64,000 nt of DNA from Thermoproteota archaeon (GTDB lineage: Archaea > Korarchaeota > Korarchaeia > Korarchaeales > Korarchaeaceae): assembly GCA_027491395.1 (NCBI GenBank), contig JAOZFI010000036.1, positions 1 to 64,000 on the forward strand, written 5' to 3'. The position numbers were made by a program, and so were the translations under genes. Positions 18,892 to 28,676 of the stretch are shown here, piece after piece (position 1 is the first letter of the stretch; every line of letters starts with the position of its first letter). Under the pieces are notes generated by a model. That model made no database searches. It saw only the letters and a program-made list of their open reading frames with translations, and was not told the DNA's origin.

Positions 18892-20556
18892 TCACACCCA
18901 TAGGAGAAGGGCCACAATTTGTGGAAGCATTGCCAATGCCAGCAAGGGTTTGGCCAGCCTGCTTGATCCCATTAAGGACGAGAGCATCGCCATGAGCTCG
19001 CTTCCCATGAACACAGTCTCCACTTTCCCCCTGTAGCACTCGACCTTTGCCTCTTCCATGGATCCGATTGACTCCTTAACCAAGTCAATGAGGTAGGATG
19101 CTCTCCCCCTCAGGCACTCTTCGGTACGGCATTCGTTGCCGACCGGATTATACCTGTGCTTGGTGGAGATAGTCTCATGAGTATCGGTAGTGGACACTAT
19201 CACCCTAACTCCTCGGGGAGCGAGCTCATCTATCAAATCTCTGAGTTCAGGGACCATATTATTGCCGTCTATCATCATATAGGAGGCGGTAATATCGCCC
19301 ACCCTCAAACTGACCACCCCAACCCCTCCACGCCCTACGGAAGGCCAGCCAGGGTCATCCCATCGGTATCCCACTAGCGCGCTCTCCCGACATTCCCTTT
19401 GAAGAGCGGATCTCCCCACCTCTAAAAGGATCCTGATCAATTTCTGACCCAGCTCCGAGTCTATGAAGGCCATCTCGTACCAATCTCTCCTGAGTGAATC
19501 GTGTCTATCCACAACTGACACATTAACCCCCAATTCCCTAGCCAAGACCTCCTCGATCTCATGTGGGATATCTTCGAAACTCTCTAGAGGCCTGCCCGAG
19601 ACGGTGAAGAGCAGGGTGTCATCGAATCTCTGGGCACTGACCTCAAACCCATCATTTGAGATGAACACCGGTTCCCCGACGCAGCAGGGCGTTACCTTAC
19701 CTAATGACCTCACGATCTCCTCCAGTATCTCATCCGTGAACTTCGATGAGGCTAGATTTCTCTCGTGAGAACATGCTCTCCTCAGAAAGATGGGATTCAA
19801 CCCCCTATCCCTGAGACGAGCCAAGACCCTCCTCGGGAGATCGTGGCTTCCCATCCTGAACGGGCCCGGATGCACATCAATAGCTGTAATCACCGATCCG
19901 CCTAGTTTTATGACATCAAAACTGGCGAAGCCCTTCACTCCCCTCTCCATCAACTTCTCCTCTAGAGAGGCCCCGGAATCCCCCAGCACGATATCTGCTA
20001 GAGCCCTGACACCATCGAATCCCTTGAGCCCTATAACTGGCTCGGTTATTGAACCCACAACTGCTCCCACGAGGCGAGCTGAGATCATCGATACGACGAG
20101 GATCGAGAGGAGCTGGAGCGACAGTCCATTGACAGCGATCGCCTCCCCAGCTAGGATGAATGGCAGCACCTTAGATTTGGTAGATTTTCCCATGGACCAA
20201 GATATGAGAGAGGCGAGGAGGAGGGATGCGTAGCAAAGCGAATAAAAGGGGATACTTAGTCCCTCAAGAAGAACCCCAAAGGCAAGTGGTACCGTTACGA
20301 AAAATGAGGTCCATAAGGATCTCCTCAGGTCGAAATACTCGGCGCTCCTCCAGACTGAGAACAAGGATGTTGTTGAGAAGAGAGCAGATGTTAACAGATA
20401 TCTCAAGGAAGATGGATGTGCCCCTACTACATGAAGCCCACTCCATGGTAGTGTAATGGCAATAATGTTGAGCAATAATGCCGAATATATCCCCGGGAGG
20501 GTGAAAAGATCCTTACTCCTCTCAGTGGCAACATCCAGTGCCACATTATACCGCAC
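18892..20556 (-). CDS. Membrane protein, DUF2070-like
   Basis: N-terminal TMs; HPGPF, CSHE, DRHDS, IDGNNM, STTDTH motifs. Confidence 0.7.
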   Translation of the reverse strand: MRYNVALDVATERSKDLFTLPGIYSALLLNIIAITLPWSGLHVVGAHPSSLRYLLTSALFSTTSLFSVWRSAEYFDLRRSLWTSFFVTVPLAFGVLLEGLSIPFYSLCYASLLLASLISWSMGKSTKSKVLPFILAGEAIAVNGLSLQLLSILVVSMISARLVGAVVGSITEPVIGLKGFDGVRALADIVLGDSGASLEEKLMERGVKGFASFDVIKLGGSVITAIDVHPGPFRMGSHDLPRRVLARLRDRGLNPIFLRRACSHERNLASSKFTDEILEEIVRSLGKVTPCCVGEPVFISNDGFEVSAQRFDDTLLFTVSGRPLESFEDIPHEIEEVLARELGVNVSVVDRHDSLRRDWYEMAFIDSELGQKLIRILLEVGRSALQRECRESALVGYRWDDPGWPSVGRGGVGVVSLRVGDITASYMMIDGNNMVPELRDLIDELAPRGVRVIVSTTDTHETISTKHRYNPVGNECRTEECLRGRASYLIDLVKESIGSMEEAKVECYRGKVETVFMGSELMAMLSSLMGSSRLAKPLLALAMLPQIVALLLWV

Positions 20557-20676
20557 TTCTATAACACCATCCCCTCATATCGCAAAAATCTTTTTATTTA
20601 CGTGGGTGTAGATGTTAGCAAGGAGTCGGGAACCGATTCCCCATCCCCTTGGACGGCGCTGTGGGGGTGTTATCTC

Positions 20677-21174
20677 ATGCCTAGAGTAAAGGGAATAACT
20701 GCGAAGGAGATAGAGATACTGAGGAAACTGGTGGAGAATGGAAGGATAACCTATACCCAGATAGCTAGGGAGCTCGGAATGAGTCCTGCCGGTGTCATGA
20801 AGAAGGTCAGGAAGCTCGAGGAGCTTGGTATAATAAAGGGGTACACTGCTCTCGTTGATCACGCTAAACTCGGTAAGGGGAACAAATATATAATCCTGTT
20901 AGAGACGGAACCGGGCAAGCACACGGATGTGGCTAAAAAAGTGGTGGAGCTCCTAGGGAACTCGGTACTTGAAGTGCACGAGATAACTGGTCAGTATGAT
21001 GTGGTGCTCAAGGTCATAGCTGGCAGCCAATCCGAGTTGAACGATATACTCCGGAAGATCCAGAGCATACCCGGTCTCAGGGATACGAACACATCCCTCG
21101 TCCTCGACACCGTCAAGGAGAGACCCTCCGTGGTTCCCGATGAGATACCCGGGATCACCACGAAGAAGAAGTGA
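20677..21174 (+). CDS. Lrp/AsnC transcriptional regulator
   Basis: HTH (IARELGMS...LEELGIIKGY), HEITGQYD; start after GGGGTG. Confidence 0.92.
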   Translation: MPRVKGITAKEIEILRKLVENGRITYTQIARELGMSPAGVMKKVRKLEELGIIKGYTALVDHAKLGKGNKYIILLETEPGKHTDVAKKVVELLGNSVLEVHEITGQYDVVLKVIAGSQSELNDILRKIQSIPGLRDTNTSLVLDTVKERPSVVPDEIPGITTKKK

Positions 21175-22101
21175 TCAGATCTCCATCCATTCTCCTCCAA
21201 GCGGTTTAGCATCAATCCCCCATTTTTTCAACCATTTAGCGAATTCCTCGCTGAACCCATAGACGGTCAGCACCTTCTCGGGGTTGGTGCCCATCACTAT
21301 GCTCACGAGTCCATCGAAATCGGCATGGGCACTCAGCGGGAAATCCTGTCTCCTCTTAGAGAAGAGGGCCCAGCCAGTCACCCTAGCCTTCCCATTGGTC
21401 CTAGCCCTGTGGGTGACCAGGACATGGGGCCCATTAGGAGAAGTCGTGTATTTGATCCCGAACCTATCTTTGAGAGGTTCACTCACCTCGGCGACCCTTT
21501 CAGAGACGACGACCTCCACATTCGTGTACTTATTCAGGAGAGCTATAACTTCTTGAGACTTTCCCACTAGGTATGCCTCTATTACGGGGGATCTGCCGGA
21601 GGACACCTCCTCCGCGACCCATCTAGCTATATCCGTCCTCACCTTATGGGGGTCGGGGAACCTATATCTGGGATGCCCGTAGGTGGACTCGATTATCAGC
21701 ACGTCCGAACTTGGGATCCTAGCGGGACTCTCCACCGTAAGCCCGCCGAGAGGATTCACATCCCCTGTATAGAAGACAGTTCTCCTTTCACAATTTATCA
21801 AGAACCCTGCGGATCCGTATATATGCCCAGCTGGGAAGGCGTACACCTCGAAGGGTCCCAGTTCCACGCTCTCGTTGAAATGGATAACATCTATGGTCCC
21901 GTTTCCATACCTCCTCCGAATGAGAGCCGCGGTTCCCTCTGTGGCTATTATCCGCCCCAAAGGATTCCTCACATCCTTGGGCACGTGATCAGAATGAGCG
22001 TGGGATATGAGAGAAGGTATGTCTCTTAGTGTCCTCACTGGATCTAGGAGCAGCTTTTCTCCACAGTCGAGTTCTATGCCGTTTCTGAACCTTATTCTCA
22101 T
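21175..22101 (-). CDS. Metallo-beta-lactamase / beta-CASP nuclease
   Basis: SHAHSDH, AGHIYGS, YTGD, IESTYG, LSAHAD. Confidence 0.88.
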   Translation of the reverse strand: MRIRFRNGIELDCGEKLLLDPVRTLRDIPSLISHAHSDHVPKDVRNPLGRIIATEGTAALIRRRYGNGTIDVIHFNESVELGPFEVYAFPAGHIYGSAGFLINCERRTVFYTGDVNPLGGLTVESPARIPSSDVLIIESTYGHPRYRFPDPHKVRTDIARWVAEEVSSGRSPVIEAYLVGKSQEVIALLNKYTNVEVVVSERVAEVSEPLKDRFGIKYTTSPNGPHVLVTHRARTNGKARVTGWALFSKRRQDFPLSAHADFDGLVSIVMGTNPEKVLTVYGFSEEFAKWLKKWGIDAKPLGGEWMEI

Positions 22102-22162
22102 CTCCCGAAATCACCATCACAAATTTATTAGTGTGGTCCAGCTCCCCGAGCGCGGGGGTAAC

Positions 22163-22324
22163 ATGCCCAAGGGTAAGAAGGATAAGAGCTTCATGCCGAT
22201 GTCCGTTGCTGGTATCCTGACCTTCAGCACAGACGAGGCAGGCGGCTTCAAGGTCCCCAAGTGGTTCCCCGTCCTGCTGTCGGTCGTGACAGGCGTCGTC
22301 ATAATAGCTCTCCAGCTCATGTGA
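22163..22324 (+). CDS. secG: Preprotein translocase subunit Sec61beta/SecG
   Basis: 53 aa, basic N-terminus, AGILTF..E...KV-P, single C-terminal TM. Confidence 0.8.
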   Translation: MPKGKKDKSFMPMSVAGILTFSTDEAGGFKVPKWFPVLLSVVTGVVIIALQLM

Positions 22325-22331
22325 GCAGGTA

Positions 22332-22628
22332 ATGCCGATGAGAATATCTGAGGCTCAAGAGCTGATAAGAAAGATTTACGGCGAGAGAGACCGTAAAAGA
22401 GGCGTTAAGGGAACCGCTCTCCACCTGGGGGAGGAGCTAGGGGAACTCTTTAGGTCTCTAAGGACCTCCGATGACGACAACCTCAAGGAAGAGTTTGCCG
22501 ATGTTCTCGCATGGCTGCTAAGCCTAGCCGATCTTCTTTCCATAGATTTGGAATCTGCTTTTGTTGAAAGATACGGAAAGGGATGTCCTAAATGTGGATC
22601 GATCCCCTGTATGTGCCCGGAGGTGTGA
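22332..22628 (+). CDS. MazG-like nucleotide pyrophosphohydrolase
   Basis: EELGEL, EEFADV, C-terminal CPKC..PCxC. Confidence 0.88.
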   Translation: MPMRISEAQELIRKIYGERDRKRGVKGTALHLGEELGELFRSLRTSDDDNLKEEFADVLAWLLSLADLLSIDLESAFVERYGKGCPKCGSIPCMCPEV

Positions 22629-22631
22629 CAC

Positions 22632-23213
22632 GTGTCAATGAAGTTTCTGCATGTCAGCCCTAGTGACGCACTGGTCTATGCTAGAAGGCTGGCGGATTCC
22701 GTAATAAATTCGGGTTTCAAGCCCGACACGATCGTGGCGATACTCAGGGGCGGAGTGGTGATAGCTAGGCTTCTAAGCGATTTCTTAGATGTGAGGGATA
22801 TAAGGAGCATAAGGGTGGTTCATTACGAAGCCCTCGACATCAGGGAAGGAGCTGAGGTCGTGGAACCCCTTCCCACTAGACTAGACGGTAAGAAGGTCTT
22901 ACTGGTGGACGATGTAGCTGACACGGGAGACAGCCTCATCGTGGCCAAGGAACACTTGGAGGAGAGGGGAGCTGTTGAAGTTAGGGTAGCTACCATGCAC
23001 TACAAGCCTTGGAGCAAGATTAAGCCGGACTATTACTCAGAGGAGACGGATGCCTGGGTCATATATTTTTGGGAATACGCTGAGACCGTCAGATACTTCT
23101 TTATGAAGTACGGTGATAAGGGCCAAGATTACATATACGAGATACTGAGGCAAGCGGGAGTGCCTGATGATATCGTGAGGTGGGTAGTGGAAAATGAGGG
23201 GTACGTACGATAA
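22632..23213 (+). CDS. Purine phosphoribosyltransferase (type I PRTase)
   Basis: ILRGG, VLLVDDVADTGDSL. Confidence 0.88.
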   Translation: MSMKFLHVSPSDALVYARRLADSVINSGFKPDTIVAILRGGVVIARLLSDFLDVRDIRSIRVVHYEALDIREGAEVVEPLPTRLDGKKVLLVDDVADTGDSLIVAKEHLEERGAVEVRVATMHYKPWSKIKPDYYSEETDAWVIYFWEYAETVRYFFMKYGDKGQDYIYEILRQAGVPDDIVRWVVENEGYVR

Positions 23214-24723
23214 GATCGTGGAGCTGGCCACGAGGAGGGGTTTCTTCTGGCCATCCTCTAGAGATGTCTACGCTGGGGCTCCCGCGGGCTTCTACGTTTA
23301 CGGGCCTCTAGGCCTCAGGATGAAAGAAAAGATAGTCTCCCTCTGGAGGAGGGAGATAGTGCTTCCCGAGGGAGTACATGAGATAGAGACCCCTAACATA
23401 CTTCCACTCAAGGTATTCGAGGCTTCGGGCCATTTGGAACACTTCTTCGACAAGCTGATAGAGTGCAAGAGGTGTCACTCGAGGTTCAGGGTTGATAAAC
23501 TGATAGAGGAAACCTTGGGTATAGAAGAGAACCTGGAGGGACTTTCGGACGAAGAGCTGATGAAGATCATAGTGGATAACGGGATAAAATGTCCCAAGTG
23601 CGGTTCCAAGGAGTGGACTGGAATAAAGAAGTTCAACCTGATGTTCACCCTCTCGGTAGGTGCTGAGGCCGAGGAGCCCAACGCCGCGCTGAGGCCGGAG
23701 ACAACTCAGGGGAGCGTGGTGGAGTTCAGGAAGTCATACATGACCATGAGGGGGAAACTTCCCTTCATCCTCGGACAGGTTGGAAGGGTCTTCAGGAACG
23801 AGATCTCCCCGAGAAGAGCCTTGATAAGGATGAGGGAGTTTCAGCAGCTGGAGATTCACGTGTTCTTCGATCCGGATAATCCCGACGAGATGTACCGCGA
23901 GAAGCTCGAACCCTACATGGACTACAAGATAAGGTTCCTCAGGAGGGAGGACAGGGAGACGGGGAGAATAGTGGAGATGACCGCTAGAGAAGGTCTCGAG
24001 ACAGGCTATACCATAAACCACCTTATAACCTACTGGCTGGTCCTGTACCAGAAGTTCTTCAACGAGGTGCTGGGCTTTCCTCTGGAAAGGCTCCGATATA
24101 GGGAGCTCATAGAGGGTGAGAAGGCCCACTATGCTCTAGCCCACTGGGATCTGGAGGTCTATACCGAGGATCTGGGTTGGGTCGAGCTGGTCAACAACGC
24201 CTACCGCACGGACTATGATCTATCCGGCCACATGAAGGTCTCAGGAAACGATCTCAGGGTCACCAGCCCCGACGGCAAGAGGAAGCTCCTACCGCACCTC
24301 TACGAGCCATCCATAGGCTTGGATAGGGTGCTGTTTCATGAGCTGATGCTCGCCTACAGGGAGGACGAGGAGAGGGTCTGGCTGCAGCTTCCGAGATACC
24401 TAGCGCCCATCGAGGTGGCGGTCTTCCCACTAATGAAGAAGGACGGAATGCGCGAGAAAGCTAAGGAGATCTACAGGATGTTAATATCGGAGGGCTTCGT
24501 GGCCTTCTATGATGAATCAGGAACTATAGGCAGGAGATACAGGAGGATGGACGAGGTGGGTACCCCGGCCTGCGTTACGGTGGATCACCAGACGATGGAG
24601 GACGAGACAGTCACCCTCAGGGATAGGGATACAATGGAACAGGTGAGGGTAGGGATCGAGGAGCTACCGGCCAAGTTGAGGAGCTTCATATATGAGGGGA
24701 AGGACATCAAGGACCTCCTGTGA
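23194..24723 (+). CDS. glyS: Glycyl-tRNA synthetase (alpha2 type)
   Basis: RRGFFW, LRPETTQG, FRNEISPR, REFQQLE, EPSIGLDR. Confidence 0.95.
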   Translation: MRGTYDKIVELATRRGFFWPSSRDVYAGAPAGFYVYGPLGLRMKEKIVSLWRREIVLPEGVHEIETPNILPLKVFEASGHLEHFFDKLIECKRCHSRFRVDKLIEETLGIEENLEGLSDEELMKIIVDNGIKCPKCGSKEWTGIKKFNLMFTLSVGAEAEEPNAALRPETTQGSVVEFRKSYMTMRGKLPFILGQVGRVFRNEISPRRALIRMREFQQLEIHVFFDPDNPDEMYREKLEPYMDYKIRFLRREDRETGRIVEMTAREGLETGYTINHLITYWLVLYQKFFNEVLGFPLERLRYRELIEGEKAHYALAHWDLEVYTEDLGWVELVNNAYRTDYDLSGHMKVSGNDLRVTSPDGKRKLLPHLYEPSIGLDRVLFHELMLAYREDEERVWLQLPRYLAPIEVAVFPLMKKDGMREKAKEIYRMLISEGFVAFYDESGTIGRRYRRMDEVGTPACVTVDHQTMEDETVTLRDRDTMEQVRVGIEELPAKLRSFIYEGKDIKDLL

Positions 24724-25426
24724 ACAGCCTGCTACAGACCGGGCACTTGGGATCCCTCTCCACTTTTATCTCCGTGTACTCCATCGTCCTGAGATCTCCC
24801 ATCAGCAACTTACCTTTAAGAGAGGGTTCCATGCCAGCTAAGTACTTCACGGCCTCCACGGCCGCTATGGAGGCGACCTGAGCCGGAGTCATCCCCAAGA
24901 CCGGAACAGGGCCCCTGTCTTGGACGTTTGGGAACATGCACCTCAAGCAAGGGGTCTCCCCAGGAACTATGAACGTTACTGCGAAATAAAAGCCGGAGAT
25001 AGCGGAGTAGATGAAGGGAATCCTGTGAGAAACGGAATACTCATTTATCAGGTATCTAGTGGCGAAGTTGTCCGTCGCATCGAGTATTAGATCGACCCCC
25101 GAGAGCACATCGCCTATATTACCCTCGGCGAGGGGCTCGGGTATTCCCTCCACCTCTATCTCCTTATTCCTCCTCTTGATCTCCCTTTCAGCAACTAGAG
25201 CCTTGGGTAAACCCACGTCATCCTCCCCGTACAGGATCTGCCTGTGAAGATTATCCAAACTGACGAGATCGCCGTCTATTAGCCTTAGATTAACTCCAGC
25301 ACCTCCCAAATAGAGGGCCAAGGGAGAGCCTATACCTCCCAGCCCCACGATTGCTACGAGTGAATTACTCAGCCTCCTCTGACCATCCTCCCCTATGAGT
25401 GGGATCTGCCTATCGTAGCGTGACAT
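24707..25426 (-). CDS. ThiF/MoeB/UbaA E1-like activating enzyme
   Basis: RYDRQ, GLGGIG, NLHRQ, DNFATR, two CxxC pairs. Confidence 0.9.
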   Translation of the reverse strand: MSRYDRQIPLIGEDGQRRLSNSLVAIVGLGGIGSPLALYLGGAGVNLRLIDGDLVSLDNLHRQILYGEDDVGLPKALVAEREIKRRNKEIEVEGIPEPLAEGNIGDVLSGVDLILDATDNFATRYLINEYSVSHRIPFIYSAISGFYFAVTFIVPGETPCLRCMFPNVQDRGPVPVLGMTPAQVASIAAVEAVKYLAGMEPSLKGKLLMGDLRTMEYTEIKVERDPKCPVCSRLFTGGP

Positions 25427-25718
25427 CCCTCAACCACCTCTCATACGCCTCCCACACCCTCTCCACGGGGAGGACCACTATCTCGGGAACCTCGTAAGGA
25501 TGTATCCCGGTCAGATACTCTATCAACCTATCCACCAGTTCATCAGAGGTCTTGATAATCAGGAGGAACTCTTGAGCCCTCTCTATCTTCCCTTCCCACC
25601 AGTACAAGCTTCTAACTTGGAAGAAAGAGATGCACGCAGCTAGCTTCTCTCCTAACAGTGAGGACGCAAGTTTCTCGGCATCTCCCTCCCGCTCCACAGT
25701 AGTCAATACTATTTTCAG
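25410..25718 (-). CDS. cutA: Divalent-cation tolerance protein CutA (probable CTG start)
   Basis: LAAC, SLYWWEG, HPYEVPEI; GGGGTG-N7-CTG at 25718. Confidence 0.88.
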   Translation of the reverse strand: MKIVLTTVEREGDAEKLASSLLGEKLAACISFFQVRSLYWWEGKIERAQEFLLIIKTSDELVDRLIEYLTGIHPYEVPEIVVLPVERVWEAYERWLRDVTLR

Positions 25719-25738
25719 GCGAGATCACCCCCAATCAA

Positions 25739-26464
25739 CTACTTGGACAGGAACTCCTCTATTGAAATGCGCTCGCTTCTCAGATCTATCTCAACCAGTT
25801 CCCACCAAATGGGGAAGGCCACATTGTATACCTTGGTATTGCCGACTCTAGCGGTCTTACTCCCGTTGTGAACATGTCCGTGGACAGCAACGTCTACGAG
25901 CCCCTCTTTCATGTACCTCTCGAACCCTCTGTGGCCCAAGTACCTCCAAGCCCTGGGATTCTCACCCTTCATGGTCTTCGTCGTGGTGGCGTAGTGGGTA
26001 AGGAGAACTGTTACATCAACCTTTTCCCTGAGCTCTCTGAGCATCTCTCCTATCACCCTCAACCTCTCGCTGTAGATCTTCTCTATCCCCGGGATGTTTC
26101 TCTTTTGCCACGTAGTAGGGAGTTCCAGACTCCCTCTGGACCCAACTATGCCTACCCTCCACCCCTCCACCTCCAAAACTATGCTCTCATCATCTAGGAA
26201 CGTTACCTCAGGGTTCTCCTCCCCTATGGCATCCTTCACACTATCGTACTCGTCATTGCCGAAGACGGCCACCATCCTGACATCTCCTAGACCCTCCAAG
26301 ACATCCACTACCCTTCGATACTGCTTGTAGTTCCCTCTATCTACCATGTCACCTGCAATCAGGATGAGGTATTCTCCTTTCTGCTTCCTACTCACAGCAT
26401 TCTCTAGATCCTTCAGCCATACGGGTGCATGTACATCGGACACTGCCAGCACTTTCATTTTCAA
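25739..26464 (-). CDS. Calcineurin-like metallophosphoesterase
   Basis: SDVH, AGD, GNDE, TH, HGHVH. Confidence 0.88.
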   Translation of the reverse strand: MKMKVLAVSDVHAPVWLKDLENAVSRKQKGEYLILIAGDMVDRGNYKQYRRVVDVLEGLGDVRMVAVFGNDEYDSVKDAIGEENPEVTFLDDESIVLEVEGWRVGIVGSRGSLELPTTWQKRNIPGIEKIYSERLRVIGEMLRELREKVDVTVLLTHYATTTKTMKGENPRAWRYLGHRGFERYMKEGLVDVAVHGHVHNGSKTARVGNTKVYNVAFPIWWELVEIDLRSERISIEEFLSK

Positions 26465-26503
26465 CCTAGTGCTGGATATGCATCATCCAATTAAACTACT
26501 ACG

Positions 26504-26764
26504 TTGTTTGGAATTCACGTGAGAAAAGGCAGGGTCAGGTCTATCCTAGAGTCGATGGTGTGGGATACTAGGGTGAAGCCTGAAGAGTTTAGAATAGTAT
26601 TCGTGAGCAGAGGGTCCTCAAACGACCTAGAAGAGGTGAGAGGGGACGAGGTCGAAGTGAGGAGCGATAGGGTGATACTTAAGGACGGAAGGGAGATACC
26701 ACACTATAGGATTGTTGCTATCTGGAGGGGAAGGGAACTCCTTTACCTCAAGAAGGATGTATGA
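26504..26764 (+). CDS. DUF504/MJ1316-like protein
   Basis: IPHYRIV motif, small basic protein. Confidence 0.7.
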   Translation: MFGIHVRKGRVRSILESMVWDTRVKPEEFRIVFVSRGSSNDLEEVRGDEVEVRSDRVILKDGREIPHYRIVAIWRGRELLYLKKDV

Positions 26765-26813
26765 AAATCTTAAAAATTTTTTATGTGATGCTCGAGAATT
26801 GAACTGGGTGGGT

Positions 26814-27200
26814 ATGTCCACCAAGGCAATCTCCCTTACTATAGCGCTCATAGCTTTAGTGGGGATCCTCCTGAGCTTCTATACGGAGTTCGTTCAGGGC
26901 ATCAGACCGTGCCTTTCCTGCTATACCCTTAGGTTCAGCTACATCGCGATATTTCTAATATCACTGGCTTACTTCAAGTTTAAGAGGGCATCCTACTTTA
27001 TTCTAGCCATATCCCTGCTCATCATCGGCATTTCCAGCTGGGGGATACTCGGTTTCTTGGGATACCAGAGTAATCCGTGCATAGAGGCATGCACCCTATC
27101 TATCGAGCTAAGCGTGAGCTACAGGCTGTTCTCCCTAGCCCTGCTCGGGGGCATCATAGAGTTAGTCCTAGCGCTGCTACTAATCAGGTACGGTAGTTGA
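26814..27200 (+). CDS. DsbB-like disulfide-bond formation membrane protein
   Basis: Four TMs, PCLSCYxxR after TM1, second Cys pair (CIEAC). Confidence 0.65.
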   Translation: MSTKAISLTIALIALVGILLSFYTEFVQGIRPCLSCYTLRFSYIAIFLISLAYFKFKRASYFILAISLLIIGISSWGILGFLGYQSNPCIEACTLSIELSVSYRLFSLALLGGIIELVLALLLIRYGS

Positions 27201-27368
27201 GGATCGTTTCCGGTGTCTAATCCTAACATTAACTCAGATAATGCTTCTATATGATGGCGAAATGAGCCTATTTATCTATATAATATGGCCACTATTATCT
27301 AAAACGTTTAACTAATCTACCGGACCCCTCCGAAACTTATATATAGTGTAGTCAAGCTTAGCAACGCG

Positions 27369-27623
27369 GTGTCGGCATTGGTGGAGATAACATGTCCATC
27401 ATGCGGCTATGAGTTCTACTTGGACGAGGAGGACTATGAGGGAGAAATACAGTGCCCCAACTGCGGAGCCCTCCTCGAAGTCAAGATAGAGAAGGGAGAG
27501 GTGAAAGAGGTTATACCTCTTGAGGAAGGGATAGAAGAGGAGGAGTGGCTCGAAGACGAGGACTTCTGGGAGGAAGAAGAGGAAGAAGAGATCTTCTGGG
27601 AGGAAGAAGAGGAAGAGTTCTGA
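27369..27623 (+). CDS. LysW-like zinc-ribbon protein with very acidic tail
   Basis: CPSCG and CPNCGALLEV; no terminal EDWGE. Confidence 0.7.
   Translation: MSALVEITCPSCGYEFYLDEEDYEGEIQCPNCGALLEVKIEKGEVKEVIPLEEGIEEEEWLEDEDFWEEEEEEEIFWEEEEEEF
27563..27618 (+). repeat. 30-nt period tandem duplication CTTCTGGGAGGAAGAAGAGGAAGA, encoding FWEEEEEE twice
   Basis: Copies start at 27563 and 27593. Confidence 0.75.
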
Positions 27624-27683
27624 CCGAAACTAGCAAGCGTTTTTCCTTACAAATCCCCCAAAAAATGAGAAAGGTGAGGAGGT

Positions 27684-28676
27684 TCAGTAACCCGCTCTCT
27701 TCAGCAGGGTTTCCCACTGTCTGTCTACCCATTCTTGGAACTTCTCTATCATCCACTTGTTCTCAGGCTTGAACATGTGCCTGAACCTTCCTTGAAGCTT
27801 CAAGTACTCCTCGACGGGCTTCTTCCTGTCGGGATTCTTGGCTATAGATACGCTCGGACCGGTGAGCCTGTACTCCCCATCTACGACCTCGTAGAGAGGA
27901 AAGACGCATGTCTCGACGGCCAGCTTCATGATCTTCACTGTATCCTCTGGAGCGCTTCCCCAGCCGAGTGGACATGTGGAGAAGGCATGAATGAATGCTG
28001 GACCCTCCGCCTCGAAACCCTTCCTGAACTTGACGAGCGCGTCGTTCCAGTAGGCAGGAGAAACTGTAGCTGCATAAGGTATCCCGTGAGCCACCATTAT
28101 GTCCATTATCGGCTTCTTGAAAAGGGGTTTACCCTTGATCACCTTGCCTACTGGAGTGGTGGTGGTCCTCGCTCCAAAGGGCGTTCCACCTGACCTCTGT
28201 ATGCCGGTGTTCATGTAAGCTTCGTTGTCATATAGCACGTACATGATCTTATGCCTCCTCTCAAAGGCCCCGGATATCGCCTGCAGTCCTATGTCGTAGG
28301 TGCCTCCATCTCCACCAAGCACTATCACGTCGTAATCCAGTTCTACATCGGGATCTACATCGAACCTGTTCACCCTAGCTAGCTTCTTTCTAGCGGCTTC
28401 CACTCCGGACCCGACAGCTGCAGCGTTCTCAAAGGCATTGTGGGCCCAAGGGATGTTCCAAGACGTGTACGGGAATATGGTCGTCGCCACTTCAACGCAT
28501 CCCGTGGCATTTATCCAGACTAGCGGCTTTCTAGCTGCCATGGCTATCTGCCTTATTATTATCCCCGCACCGCAGCCGGCGCACAACCTGTGACCGGACT
28601 CCACAGGCCTCTTCTGACCCTCTATCCTCGCTAGTTCCTTGATATCTGGCCTCCATACAGCTTTAGCCACCATCAC
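27684..28676 (-). CDS. porB: Pyruvate/2-ketoisovalerate:ferredoxin oxidoreductase beta subunit
   Basis: GHRLCAGCG, TGC, GGDGG, DNEAYMNTGIQRS. Confidence 0.93.
   Translation of the reverse strand: MMVAKAVWRPDIKELARIEGQKRPVESGHRLCAGCGAGIIIRQIAMAARKPLVWINATGCVEVATTIFPYTSWNIPWAHNAFENAAAVGSGVEAARKKLARVNRFDVDPDVELDYDVIVLGGDGGTYDIGLQAISGAFERRHKIMYVLYDNEAYMNTGIQRSGGTPFGARTTTTPVGKVIKGKPLFKKPIMDIMVAHGIPYAATVSPAYWNDALVKFRKGFEAEGPAFIHAFSTCPLGWGSAPEDTVKIMKLAVETCVFPLYEVVDGEYRLTGPSVSIAKNPDRKKPVEEYLKLQGRFRHMFKPENKWMIEKFQEWVDRQWETLLKRAGY

Noticed and set aside
27563-27618. Tandem repeat as CRISPR or mobile-element remnant
   Set aside because: Only two copies, in frame within a Glu-rich coding tail, with no spacers or cas genes.
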